From Schmidtea polychroa (taxonomy: Eukaryota), in contig CM097887.1 of assembly GCA_044892525.1 (NCBI GenBank), positions 17,670,001-17,734,000 of the forward strand: a stretch of DNA of 64,000 nucleotides, written 5' to 3'. The position numbers were made by a program, and so were the translations under genes. Within the stretch, counting starts at the first letter, position 1. Each line of letters begins with the position of its first letter. Below are positions 21,061 to 33,546 of the stretch, piece by piece. The notes below the pieces were generated by a model that made no database searches, was not told the DNA's origin, and was given only the letters and a program-made list of their open reading frames with translations.

Positions 21061-21751
21061 TTAGTTATCACAAAGCTTGTATTGTTTATATTATTCCAAT
21101 GTTNNNNNNNNNNNNNNNNNNNNNNNNNNNNNNNNNNNNNNNNNNNNNNNNNNNNNNNNNNNNNNNNNNNNNNNNNNNNNNNNNNNNNNNNNNNNNNNNN
21201 NNNNNNNNNNNNNNNNNNNNNNNNNNNNNNNNNNNNNNNNNNNNNNNNNNNNNNNNNNNNNNNNNNNNNNNNNNNNNNNNNNNNNNNNTTAATTAATTTA
21301 ATAATGTATTTGCAATTTAATTATTAAATTAATATATTTATTAATTTGAAAGTCAGCGTCTCTACAATTATTATTATTATTATTAAATATTATCTATTTC
21401 TTTTATATTTCTTAATAATTGCAAATAAAGAAATTATAAAACATGTTATGATTTAAAGAAGACAGAAGAACTAGATGTATATGTAATTATTTATTACCGG
21501 GCGCAATGAGTGGTGAGTATCGCACAGATTGTTTCAAAAGATTAGCTTCAGTGTTTATTTATCATAATATTTAATTGTTTTAATATGTAATTGTTTACAA
21601 CTAAAATTACTATTGTATATTGACTTTTACACACTAATGAGTCGCTTTCTCTTTTCCCCTCACTTTCTCTCGATTTCTCTCTTTCTTTCTCTCGCTCTCT
21701 CAAATAATTATTCTCTTGCTTCCAAATTTATAATTCCGTCTGACTTGAACT

Positions 21752-23080
21752 TTAATTGAGTAAATGATTAAACCTTCTAATCCCAGAACAAATCTTTCCA
21801 ATTTGAACGACATTCAAATGAGAGATCCATGTCATTCGACATTGATCCATATAAATTTTAAGGATCAAAAACAATTCATGCTGATGATGTTTCATTAGGA
21901 GAATTGTGTAATTTCTTAGTAAAAGTGCTTCAGTAGAGTTGTCTTGGAGAATTTCTGAGAAACATTTTGACAAATTTCTCTCGAACTCTGCAAGAGTTGC
22001 AATAAAAAATTCTTTTTCGGTATTTTTCACGTTATTTCTAATAGCAATTTTGAGATTTTGTGCGATAGTAATTGAGTCACATTTTAAAGGGGTGTCTAGA
22101 AATGTTCTCAGAAATTCCGATTCTTGATAGAATTCTATTATTGATTTTCTCTGTAAATCGAGATTTTGTTTTAATTTGTAAGAATTTATTGGTTTATGTT
22201 TGCATATGATTTCTGATTCATGAAGATCAATTGGACAAATGATCCGATCGGATTCTGTCACCATGAAACAGTTTCCGCATATTTTGTGTTTACATTTATT
22301 AAATTGTAACATTTCATTCCCACCAAAGCCGCAAGTAAGGCAATGGGAAAATTCAGTTGCGGATGGAACTGGGAATATTTTCTTGTATTCAGTTGTATTA
22401 TGAAAATAGTTTTCCGCGATCCCATACAGAATTATTCGTTTTGTGAAATTGGTCATTTTCATCCGGAGAACTTCTAGTAACACATGTAAAACTAAAGCAT
22501 CGATCAATGAAGATGCTTTCAAGACTTTATTGACCGTAGCACATATTGTCCAAAAGATTTCCTCTGGGATATTCTCCGACAATTTTTGACCTGTTTCTTT
22601 TAGACATTCCAATGAGTTTGCTATAAGTTTTCTGTACACTGGATAATTAGGATTAAGGCTAATTGAATCAAAATGCAAATCAAAATCAAAATGTGTGACA
22701 TTCTTTTTAATATTGTTCAACTTTTCCGTTATCACCTTCAGAAGAATTGATAAACATTCATCAAATTTACTGTTGAATTCGAGTATGGTCTTAAACAATT
22801 CGTTTCCATTTTCTTTTTCGCTTTGAAAATGCCTAATGAGAAAGTAGTAGGGTTTGAGATAAAAAATTGTATTGTTGATCTCTTTGCAAATTGAGTCGTT
22901 CTTACTCCGATCAAAAGGGCAAGTGTACTTGTGATGGAACGTCTGGACTTCTTTCATTGATAACATCATCATGCAACATTCACAAAATTTGTGCTTTGGG
23001 TAACATTTCTCATATCCGAAATTATTTCCCTCCTCGTCATAACAAATTAAACATATTTCTTCAAAATTCATTTCATCCAT
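21752..23080 (-). CDS. Intronless dual-RING protein (442 aa), paralogue of 467-2101
   Basis: RING1 CLIC...KCYPKHKFCECC...TCPFDR; RING2 CLTC...KCKHKICGNC...ICPID (22226-22342). Both end in Asp instead of the eighth Cys. Confidence 0.85.
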   Translation of the reverse strand: MDEMNFEEICLICYDEEGNNFGYEKCYPKHKFCECCMMMLSMKEVQTFHHKYTCPFDRSKNDSICKEINNTIFYLKPYYFLIRHFQSEKENGNELFKTILEFNSKFDECLSILLKVITEKLNNIKKNVTHFDFDLHFDSISLNPNYPVYRKLIANSLECLKETGQKLSENIPEEIFWTICATVNKVLKASSLIDALVLHVLLEVLRMKMTNFTKRIILYGIAENYFHNTTEYKKIFPVPSATEFSHCLTCGFGGNEMLQFNKCKHKICGNCFMVTESDRIICPIDLHESEIICKHKPINSYKLKQNLDLQRKSIIEFYQESEFLRTFLDTPLKCDSITIAQNLKIAIRNNVKNTEKEFFIATLAEFERNLSKCFSEILQDNSTEALLLRNYTILLMKHHQHELFLILKIYMDQCRMTWISHLNVVQIGKICSGIRRFNHLLN

Positions 23081-23539
23081 TTCAGGTTATAAAATGAACA
23101 TTTAAATCAGTTTATTTAAACAAATGGTTGATTTATAATTTTCACTTTTATCGGAAAATTTAATGAGGAAATTAATATTAATATTTTTCTCATTGTTGAT
23201 TAGTATTTATATTTTTGGTTATACAATTATCATAATATAATAATGATTCGCTTTTTCTAAATTTGTTATTTTGCGTCAATTAAAACAATCAAAGTTGCTG
23301 CTTTTTTTAAAATAATAATTTGTTAATAATTCGTATAATTAAAACAAGCAATTTGAAAGAAATAAAAATAAATGAATAAAATAAATAAATATTTTTTGAA
23401 ATAAAGTTTAACAAAATCCAATTTTATTTTTTTTAATTTTTTATTTTATTAATTAGATTATTAACGGGGATTAATTGAATGGCCTCTTTTTCTTTTTTAT
23501 CTTTCACGTTTCTTGGAATATCAGTTCGTGTGCCGAATC

Positions 23540-24416
23540 AATTAAGGAAGTTTTGAAATTTTTCAAAAGCATTAGAAATGACGAAAGTTTCGAAAATAAT
23601 TTGTAGATTTCTAATGAACTTTGTAAAGCATTTGAAACAGAACCGGATTTTTCTACTGAAATTAGTGTATGTCGCCGACATCACCGAAAACAATTTAGCT
23701 ATGAAGGAGATGAAGATATTCAATTTACTTCAAAAGAACATTTCAAAATATTTTTTTCTATGTTTTGGATTTCTATACAAATTTATTGATATGGAACATG
23801 AGGAAATAAAAAAAAGTTGTTTCGATCTCCATAATAAATTTAAAGGTGGTGAATCTTGTGATATCAGTGGCGTAGATTTATATCAAGAGTTAATTTCTCT
23901 AAAAATTATCATAAAAGACAGAAAGCAGCTCGAAGAACTCATAAAGTTTTTATACAAATACAACTTGGAGACTTCTTTTCCAAATGTCGCCACAAGTTTA
24001 AAACTTTTACTGACAGTTCCAGTATCTGTTGCAACTAGAGAGCAAAGTTTTTCAAAATTAAAAATAATCAAAAACCACCTGAGAACTTCAATGACTCAAG
24101 AACGTCTCAGTAATATATCAATTATTGCAATTGAAAGTGAAATTGCTAATTCCTTAAATATTGAAGGGGCGATTGAAGAATTTGCCTCTAAAAAATCGCG
24201 TAGAGTAAATTTTTGATTGTAATATCATAGATTTATAGATGTGCCAAAACATATTAATGTTTTATATTCAATGGTAATATGTACATGTACATTAGATATA
24301 TAAGTATAATAATAAACATTAAGAATGAAAATTTGATTTTTTTCTTTGATTTTGATGTTATCTCAAAGGGCATGCATTCTAGCACGCAGACTGCCATATA
24401 CCCAGGCACGGCCCTG
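23540..24416 (+). mobile_element. hAT transposase 3' fragment (ZMYM1-like) with right end
   Basis: Frameshifted RRHHRKQFSYEGDE, then FPNVATSLKLLLTVPVSVATREQSFSKLKIIKNHLRTSMTQERLS; terminal ...CCAGGCACGGCCCTG at 24416. Confidence 0.85.
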
Positions 24417-25134
24417 TGTATATTGATATATTGTATATTTATTTAACATGATTGTATTCGTATTTACCTTTTCATTTTCAACATGTTTTCAACTTTTCGC
24501 GCCAAAAAATATTTTTTTTGATTAATTTTGACATTCAAGTATTTATTTTGTGTTATTTGAATTTTTAATTAATTTTGCACATAATAAATTCAAATTAATT
24601 TTAATTTCATTTAATGATATTGGAAACTAATGCATATAAATTTTAGAAATTGTCAAAATTTAATCAAATAATATTAGAAATTGTGAAATTTTAAAACATT
24701 AATTAATAAATCTAGACTTTATTGTTTTTTAGAAATGTTTTGTTTGAATAAGAAAGGAAAACAGGAAGAATTTGATAGTTTTATTTGTTTTGTCAAGTTA
24801 AAACAGACAATGATAAAGAAAAATATAAAAAGAAATATTTAAATTTATTACTAGCATTTTATGATTACTATTAATATGAAAAAAATATAAATTATAATTA
24901 ATTAAAATCTTATATTTAATTATTGAAATTAATTAATCAATCGGTGATAAAGTTTGATTCGCTACTGTTTCTAAAATTTTCAAAAGATTTAAATTGATAG
25001 ATTATATATATATATATATATAATCGCTAAAGTTTTCAATTAATGTGTTTAAATAAAGTGAGAAATCAGGTGATTTTAAATAAGCATTTCAATAAGACCT
25101 GTGCCATTTTATTATTGCACTAACAATTTATATA

Positions 25135-25400
25135 CAGGGTTTACAACCTTATTTAATCCCTTTTCAACATATCATAATCCTCTTTCAAATTATTTTAATC
25201 AATTTAGTTTTATATTGAATCATTTTAGATATTTAATTCCAAAACCAAGCAAACACTCGTAGAATAACAGACAATGAGCTAGCACTAATCATACGTAAAT
25301 ATGAATATGAAAAGAGAACCTCACTACTACAGTGCACTGGTTAGTGATGTGAGAAAATTTGAACGAAAACCTAAATTGACAACACACCAGTTTGAATATC
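25135..25400 (+). pseudogene. IS630/Tc1-like relic (TIR and HTH fragment)
   Basis: TA-CAGGGTTT terminus similar to 56980; peptides RITDNELALIIRKYEYEKR and ERKPKLTTHQFEYL. Confidence 0.35.
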
Positions 25401-26124
25401 TCACCAAATTGAAGATGTAATTGCCATAAAGGTTTGTGCTGGTTTTTAGAGCTTCTGTATCTTTTTAATTTAATTCCGATTTATTCTTGTTTTCACTTAA
25501 AGAAACCTTTTCAGGAACGGTGAAATGAGTCTAACAAGACTTGTACAAGATTTTCTCGATAACATTTTAAATATTGATTAAGTCTTTAAATGAAATTCTT
25601 ACAAAATGATCTTTTTTGTAGCTATTTTAAAATGTGAAGCAATTATAAGTCTTTTAAGAAGTCGAAATCTAAATATACCAAAGCGTAAGAAATAAGTTAT
25701 GGAATTTTATGAGGGAAAAAGAATAAAGTTCTAAAGGAATTACAAACATTGAATAACGAGAAATTGAAATTTAGCTTGAGAAGATATATGAATGTAATAC
25801 ACCAATCGTTTCAAAATCCGTATGTTCTTGATTTTATTCATATTGAAGAATCTTGCAATTTAGAATAAACTAGGAAATTGGTGAAAAATTGATTTCAAGA
25901 ATTCTCAATTTATTTGGGTTGTGATATTGTTGCTTTAACTCAATATTATGGTAAAGTATGGACGAATTATTAAAGCCATTAGGCAATTTTATAATAATTA
26001 CGAAGCACACTTAACTTTTTATCGAAATATTTGATAAAAAATTTATATTTAGAGGTAACAGAGTTCGAGGATTATACTGTAAACAATAAATGATTTGATA
26101 ATCAGTGAAGTACCATCGTATATG

Positions 26125-26480
26125 CAGGGCCGTGCCTGGGTATATGGCCGCCTGCGTGCTAGTATACGGTATATACTACAAGAGCAATAGCACTGAACCT
26201 CCTATGTTTGAGTGACCTTAAATATTAAATACACTACATAACTAAAATTAATTGAGAATTATCTTTTAGAATAAGCAATACTTTCGATTGAAAATGGAAC
26301 ATTTGATTACAATGATTGATAAATTTGCTACAAACTCTAAAAGAATAAATTTATAATTTATTTGTATTGTTTTTAATAAAAATCAATAAACATGAATTCA
26401 GGCAAATTTAAAATCTTTAAAAAATTTCTTTTTTCGATTTTTGCACAAGGCCTTTAAAAGTTACAGCACGACGCTTTGGA
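26125..26480 (+). mobile_element. Non-autonomous hAT derivative of the same family as 23540-24416
   Basis: Left end CAGGGCCGTGCCTGGGTATATGGC matches the reverse complement of the 24416 end; residual AILSIE...IDKFATNSKRINL*; right end degenerate. Confidence 0.6.
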
Positions 26481-28344
26481 TAATACTGAGGATTAAGAAA
26501 ATGATGATAATAAAAATAATGAGTTAATTTTTATGGTTCGAAGGATATGACTCAACGCAAGTAACTTCTATTGATATTACGCTTTGCAATCTCTGAAATT
26601 TTGTCACTAGTTTCAATGGATTTACTTGACCTATTAGTAGGTAACCCTATGGAAAACTACTTCGAGTAAGTTGACTAAACGAATCTGATACTACGCAAAA
26701 TACAACTATTTATCTTTTGCTTTTATTTCCTCCGAGGTTTCGGTTTCTTCACTTTTTTAAAAGATTTTCAATCATAATGGCGATTTGCCTGAGTCGGAAA
26801 CTCCTTCCTCACATACTTTCTGAAAAATAGCAAATGTATGATTAATACGTTATAAATACGTTCTAGTATGATTAAAAAAAGAAAACTATTTGCAACCAAT
26901 CGTGTCAAAGAAATCACTCTTATTATAGAATAAGAATTATCAAAATAGATATATAAACTAAGTTAAAATTAAGAAAACCATAAATTCTTTCTTGAAAGAT
27001 CCTAAACAAACTTTGTCAAGAAATTATTTTAACACACTTTATTAATAATTCAACTCACTTTAATAGTTAGTGAGCGCGTATGTTCAGTTTCTGGAAATTT
27101 TATGGCCAAAATCAGGAGCCAACAAAACAAGAACACTTTGAATGACATATATTTTATAATACTATTTTTAAAAATAAATTTCATGTACTGTCTTTCTTAC
27201 ATTGTCAAATTGTGTCACTATTTTTATTTGGAAAATTATTCCTAATAAAGTTTAATTTCTTTTGTATTAAATTGTTATTGCCTAAAAAATATTCGACACT
27301 CAGTAATTAAAAAAGGCTTAATTAGTAATGTTTAGTCAGTTATTTAATGGCTTTCGTTGCTTTTTAACCAAATGAATAACACTCTCCCGACGTATTTTGA
27401 ATAAAACAAGAACATTTTACGAATAATCCAATTACAGACACGTCAAGCAAGTTCATTTCACAATTGTCCAGTGCTAATTTTATTCACAATGTAATAATAA
27501 TATTCATCTTAAATTAATGCTCGTCAAAAAACTTCGATAAACTCCCTTTAATTGATTGTTTCAACACCTGAAGCTGTGTATGAAGAATTTCTGAATTTGG
27601 AATTATTCTTGTAATTTACGGACATGAGACGAAACAATATATTTTTGTCTATTTTCAGTCGTTATCCATTTTCTATTCTATCCCATTCCCGTTATCCAGA
27701 TTTAATTTCGAATGAATTTATAGATTTAAATTTAAATTTTGATGCCTAATTAACTCTCCATTATTTCATCTTGTTCATCAATTCAATCCCTAACTATTTT
27801 TCTTGATTTATTTTTTTTAATTATCATTTTATCATTTTAATTTGGCTTGAGCATGTACAAAAATATGAATTAAATAATAATATATTTCATTTCGCATCTC
27901 GATTATTAGAGCTCTTCCTCCTAGAATCAATTATAAACAACTACTCAATAATATATAGTAAACAAACAAAATAATGAAATTTCAAGTAAATAAACAAATA
28001 ATAAAAATTATCGCCAATACAATGATGATTTTATTAACATATAGTACATGATAAATATCATTGGATATGTGATATAATTGCTTTATAATAATNNNNNNNN
28101 NNNNNNNNNNNNNNNNNNNNNNNNNNNNNNNNNNNNNNNNNNNNNNNNNNNNNNNNNNNNNNNNNNNNNNNNNNNNNNNNNNNNNNNNNNNNNNNNNNNN
28201 NNNNNNNNNNNNNNNNNNNNNNNNNNNNNNNNNNNNNNNNNNAATAAAATAATATTATTACCACTGCCTATAATAAGAACGGAGCATTTAATATAAATGC
28301 AGATGGACAATAGAATTGATTTTTATTGAAAATAAATAGATCCG

Positions 28345-29142
28345 TTACAATCGATCACAGATACTTCTAAAGTAGATTGGTTTACGATAATTGATAAATG
28401 GCACATTCCTATTACTATTACTATTATTATTATTATTATTATTGTTGTTAGCGCAAACGGAAACAGATGACATTGATCTCCAACTGTGCAGATCGATATT
28501 CGATTGAGACGAATGCACAGACGATGATGAGAATCTTGACTTATTCGACGAATCGATAAGATCAAATTTCAAAATTGAATCAGTCGAAGACACAATTTTG
28601 AGAGAGAAATCGTTTTGCATTCCGTAATGATTAAATGTGGGCTGCAAATTCTGACTTCGATAATTGGTTGGGTTTTTATTTAAATAATCAACACGTATAC
28701 GATGAGTATTGTCGAATGAGCTGTAGAGTTTTGGAATATCTATGAGCGATTTTGAGAAACAAAATTTGGCATTTCCATAGCAACAGCAGTTATTATTATT
28801 ATTATTACAATTATTGTTATTGAAATTATCATCGGTTTTCGCTTTTTTTGACGAATAACCAACATTTCTCGAGTCAGGATATCCAGATTCTTGTTCTATG
28901 AGGAAATGACCTAATGTTTTTGAATTTCTAGCCGTTGTCTGTAATTTGTCATCTTTATTCATGTTAACATCGAATGTAAGTGAAAGTTTTTTAGAAATAT
29001 CGTCATTATTGCGCATATTGATTGTGCCTTCAATGGATCCATTCGGTGACAATGAGGTTTCGAATTCAAAGTCAATTGGACCAGTTAAAATTGGTCCGAG
29101 AAAATTATACGTGTTACTAGATTTTATAAACAATAACTCATT
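28345..29142 (-). CDS. Asn/Ser-rich low-complexity exon of an unidentified gene
   Basis: 262-aa ORF with poly-N tracts; polypyrimidine TTTTTTTCAG acceptor at 29143-29144; upstream exons not resolved. Confidence 0.5.
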   Translation of the reverse strand, partial: NELLFIKSSNTYNFLGPILTGPIDFEFETSLSPNGSIEGTINMRNNDDISKKLSLTFDVNMNKDDKLQTTARNSKTLGHFLIEQESGYPDSRNVGYSSKKAKTDDNFNNNNCNNNNNNCCCYGNAKFCFSKSLIDIPKLYSSFDNTHRIRVDYLNKNPTNYRSQNLQPTFNHYGMQNDFSLKIVSSTDSILKFDLIDSSNKSRFSSSSVHSSQSNIDLHSWRSMSSVSVCANNNNNNNNNSNSNRNVPFINYRKPIYFRSICDRL

Positions 29143-29242
29143 CTGAAAAAAACGTCAATAAAAAAATTGGCATATTTTCATCTAAATTGTGTATCGAATT
29201 CATTATCTAAATGTACGGTACCATTTTCAAAATCATTTAAAG

Positions 29243-30081
29243 CAGGCATGAGCAACTTGTTTTTGTTAGGGGCCAGTTCAGTCTTTGAAAATTTTTCGGG
29301 GGCCGATGTATTTAGCACGAATTTATTAATATATATTCCAATAATATATCTTTTTAATAGCAAAGATCATTTAAATTTACATGATTAGGCATATATTATA
29401 TATTATATACTATATACTAGTTGTTATTGGAAGGCAAAATATACAAACTATGAAAATACCCAAATTTAACTTTAATAATCCCATATTTATAGTTTATTTA
29501 CTCGCACAAACTCCGGATTGTTCGAATCTATATTTTTTATGCTTCTCAAGTTTGCATATACTACTCAAATATACCCAACATATCAATATCCATCTTGTTC
29601 TGGTTTTGGTCTGTGTGACATTTGACACTTCTTATCACGACATAAATCTGAAATATTTACCTTGATAGTTGATGTTGCTACTCGTAATTCGTTTGACAAG
29701 TTATCATCAGTGAGCCGACATCTGTTTTTGCACTTTGTTTGTTTCATCTTAGAAAAGAATTGTTCACAGATGTAAGTGCTGGGGAAAAGTGAGACGATTT
29801 TCAGCGCATGATATCGGTAGACTCTACATGAAAGTTGGAAGTTTCCTTAATAGAATATAACTAAATACTTCACAGTGAGGTGTAAATGTGGAGAGGTGAC
29901 CGGAAGTTTACTGCTGCACCACCACGCTTATATTAAATGCGTATTTGTACTAATGGTGTAGCTCTAACGTCAACTGCATACATTCCTGAAAGCTTATCAA
30001 GGACCTGGTTATATGGTGTGGATCAATGAACACTGGGGGCCGGTCAAAAGAGGCTCGCGGGCCGTATGTTGCTCATGCCTG
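29243..30081 (-). mobile_element. hAT (SPIN/GTF2IRD2-like Buster) deletion derivative
   Basis: TIRs CAGGCATGAGCAAC / GTTGCTCATGCCTG; TSD ATTTAAAG / ATTCAAAG; STYICEQFFSKMKQTKCKNRCRLTDDNLSNELRVATS on the - strand. Confidence 0.88.
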
Positions 30082-30119
30082 ATTCAAAGGCATATTAAAG
30101 CTTATTATATAGTTATGAT

Positions 30120-31449
30120 TAGGAATTGTAAAATTACCGGTTTACCGGGAAATTTTTTTTTCTAAGATTGAAAAAAAAACAAGTTTAAATTTCCATTTCA
30201 TGATTTTTATTTCAAAAATATAAAATATGATAAATCTAAACAAATTATAATAATATTGTAGAAACAAATAAAAATAAAGTAAAAAGATAATAATGACACA
30301 GAAATAGCTTTATTAACTAATAGTTTTCTATTTAATAACATTTTTTTAAAAAACAAGGGGCTCTGCCCCTGTTCGCTTCACCAACCCCGTTAGAACGTGG
30401 GGTTAATGTTAAAGTTAATATCCAGGGTATTCTTGGACAAGAGTAAGATTCAGTTTATTAATTTGTTTACATAACTATGATAAAAGATAATAGCATAAAC
30501 CGTTTCTAAGTAATATAGAACAATAAGTACAAAAGAATAAATACTTCATAAAAAATTTTAAAAAATAAAATAAATAAAAAAGAAATTGATTAGAAAAAAA
30601 TAAAATAAAAAAAATGTAAAATTCGGATGGAGGGGACCCTTAGCTTCCTTATATATAGAAAGATAGCTCCTCAAAAAACTTAAATTATTTAAAGTGATAT
30701 CTCTTAATTTTGTTCTTATTTTTGTACAAAATAACCCAGAGCCCGCGAATACCCTTTCTGAATCAACACTTGTTGGACGAATTGTCATCAAATAATCATA
30801 TACCATTTGAATATACTTTCATCGTATTTTCTCTTGATGGAAGTATTCCAATTCTTTTTTCACAATATATGGCCATTTTTTGTTTTTGTGTTGTGGAACT
30901 GATCTTTCCAGGCATTCTGTTTTTTGTTTTATCAGATCGTATAATTTCTGCTTTAGGCATTTCTACATTAACTGTAGAAGTGTTAATATTTTTATAATCT
31001 GACTCTAAACTGGTATCAAAATCAGGATGATTTAACTGAATCTGACTATCAACAACAATAATCGAAAGTATATCCACAATACTTTTGATTATTGTTGCTT
31101 TTTTTGAGATATGAAAAATATCGTAGTTTTCCTGAATCGAAAAAACCAAATTAGGGTCTGTCAAATATTGCAGAACATGGAGTTACTCGATTTGGTAAGT
31201 GGCACGTTAATATCAAATGTAATAGCATAATAGTAAAATAAAAACTTACCTTAGCTTTCAAAACTGTCACAAAATACAAACAAATTAACTTAGAAAATAT
31301 GTAATATAAAGCAATTTATTTATAAAAATTATAACTTTTTGTGAATCGTGTAACTCTTACATTTAGGTATTTATAAATACGATATTTTACACATAAAAAT
31401 TTCTAGCAAGGATTTTTAATTTACCGAATTTACCGGTAAACAATCCCTA
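30120..31449 (-). mobile_element. hAT (Ac-type) internally deleted element with frameshifted transposase C-half
   Basis: TIRs TAGGAATTG / CAATCCCTA; perfect TSD GTTATGAT; LQYLTDPN...IVKKELEYF...KYIQMVYDYLMTIRPTSVDSERVF. Confidence 0.88.
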
Positions 31450-32502
31450 GTTATGATACTATAAAATATAAAATTAATTTTATCAGTTTCATGCGTGCTT
31501 CAAAATAGATTTGATTTGATATTTTATTAATATTCAATAACTATCATAAAATAAGTCACGAAAAAAAAATTGAAAGTAGCAATTGGCAGTACCAATTTAT
31601 TTTCCGTATTTTGTAAAGAAAATAATCCTCACATTTAACTGTATTTAAAAGGCATAGTTATTTAATATTTCGAAAAATAGTTTTGTGACTCAACATGTTT
31701 GTTATTTGAAATCATGATCCCAATAATAAATTAAAAATCATTAATAATAATTAATAAATTGAAATCATAAAACTTATTCAAGCAGTAAATTAGAAAATAA
31801 ATTGATCATAAACAAAATTAGTTATATTTCGCATTTATCTGGATTTGATTAAGATATTTATGTTAATTATCTCTTAGTCGGTTAACAATAAATTTCTCAC
31901 CTATCTTTGGTGATTATGTAAATTTGGAAAAAGGGCTTTAACTTATCCAAACCATGAATGTTCATGGAAAATGTTACAAGAGCTCGAAATTTAAATGCTA
32001 TTAATTACCCCAATAAATTATAAAGTTATTTATGATTATTGATTTTCGGGTTATAATAAAAACTATCCACGTTATTTAAAGAGAGCCTATCCAGAAACAT
32101 TCTACCAAATATTTCTGTTCAAAAACAATATTTAAGATAAAATTTCAAAAATCGAAAGGTTGGTTTTTTAGAAATTTGTTTCTAAAATCAAATTAATAAT
32201 TAATTTTAATGAGTTACAATCGTAATTAACTAACTAATTACTTGGTTCAATTCAAAATAATTGAAATTTTTCAATAATTTAAAATATTTATACTCCAAAC
32301 GCTCCCTAATTACAAAAAACTATAAGAATCAATAAAACTATAAGGAAAGGTTAATCAATAAATTATTTCATTCGCTAAGAAAAATGTATTTTTACACAAC
32401 GAAATTATTGTCAATTATAGTAATGCACCCCTAGTGTTATCATTAGAACTTCTGTTATGGTTGGATCGGTTCCATGTGTGTGCTGGTAAAGTTGATCTAC
32501 AA

Positions 32503-33068
32503 CAGTGGTTCTCAACCTTGTGTTGGCGATCCCATTGATATTTTTTACGACGTCGCGCCCCAAATTTTTTTAAGAAAAATATAAAACCTATAATAATCGC
32601 TGGAGTTATAATTATAACATTGTTTGACGTTTTTATAAAGAATATATTTAAAAAGTTATAAATGCAAAGGCAATCATTAAATTACAAAAAATTACTTAAA
32701 TTCCATTGATGAAATTTATTAATTGGTCATTGTTAAAACGTCAGAAAATTTTAAGAATGATTTCTAAATTAATTTCAGGGAAATTATTTATATGCCAAAC
32801 CTATATGCCAAAAATTATATTTTAATGTAATTAATAAAATACAAGCAAGATTTTATTTCATTATGAAAGAAACAAAATGGCTATATTAATGAGATGGTTG
32901 ATATCGTTTGAAATTTACAAGTTCATCGATTTGTGGAAGTGTTTGTGATAATGCGCATCGAGCCATTTTTCGACCCCTGTTATATACTATTTACCAGAAG
33001 GATCGGTAACGATTTTTTACAAATATATATTTTTATAAATATGACGACCCCGAGAATTAGAACCACTG
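32503..33068. mobile_element. hAT (Buster-type) MITE
   Basis: TIRs CAGTGGTTCT / AGAACCACTG; perfect TSD ATCTACAA. Confidence 0.9.
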
Positions 33069-33546
33069 ATCTACAACCTGAATACCAAGAACTTTCACTT
33101 CAGCTTTACATGTTTTGGAATATCAACGTTTCTCATACTCAAAGGAAACAACTTCCTTTCCTAGATTTCTTGGTTTTACATAAACAAATACTTCGAATAG
33201 TAGCTTAAAATAGTACCTTTTCAGACTTAAAACATTCCATGGTTTTAAATTTTTAAAATTAATAAAATTAAATTAATATTATAAAACAAATTAAAATTAA
33301 ATAATATAATGCAAAGAATCATATAATCATACAATGTTATTTTATTAAAATTTTAATGTTTTAAACCAGAAGGTTAATGTTCGTAGGGATATTGCCCGAG
33401 GAGATATTGTCATGATACGAGAAATATTATTGATGAACAGTTAATCAATAAACGTAATAGATAGATTCGATATAAAATTTAGTAAAACAATTCATCCATC
33501 ATTCGACATCTCAAACGCTAACTCTCATCAAAATCAATAAAAAAAT

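Noticed and set aside
29690-29725. CTGATGA on the - strand as a hammerhead
   Set aside because: No stem II or GAAA; it is coding sequence (LTDD) of the hAT transposase fragment.
30796-31164. Host exon captured by a hAT element
   Set aside because: Adjacent frames give LQYLTDPN and KKELEYF...KYIQMVYDYL, so it is frameshifted transposase.
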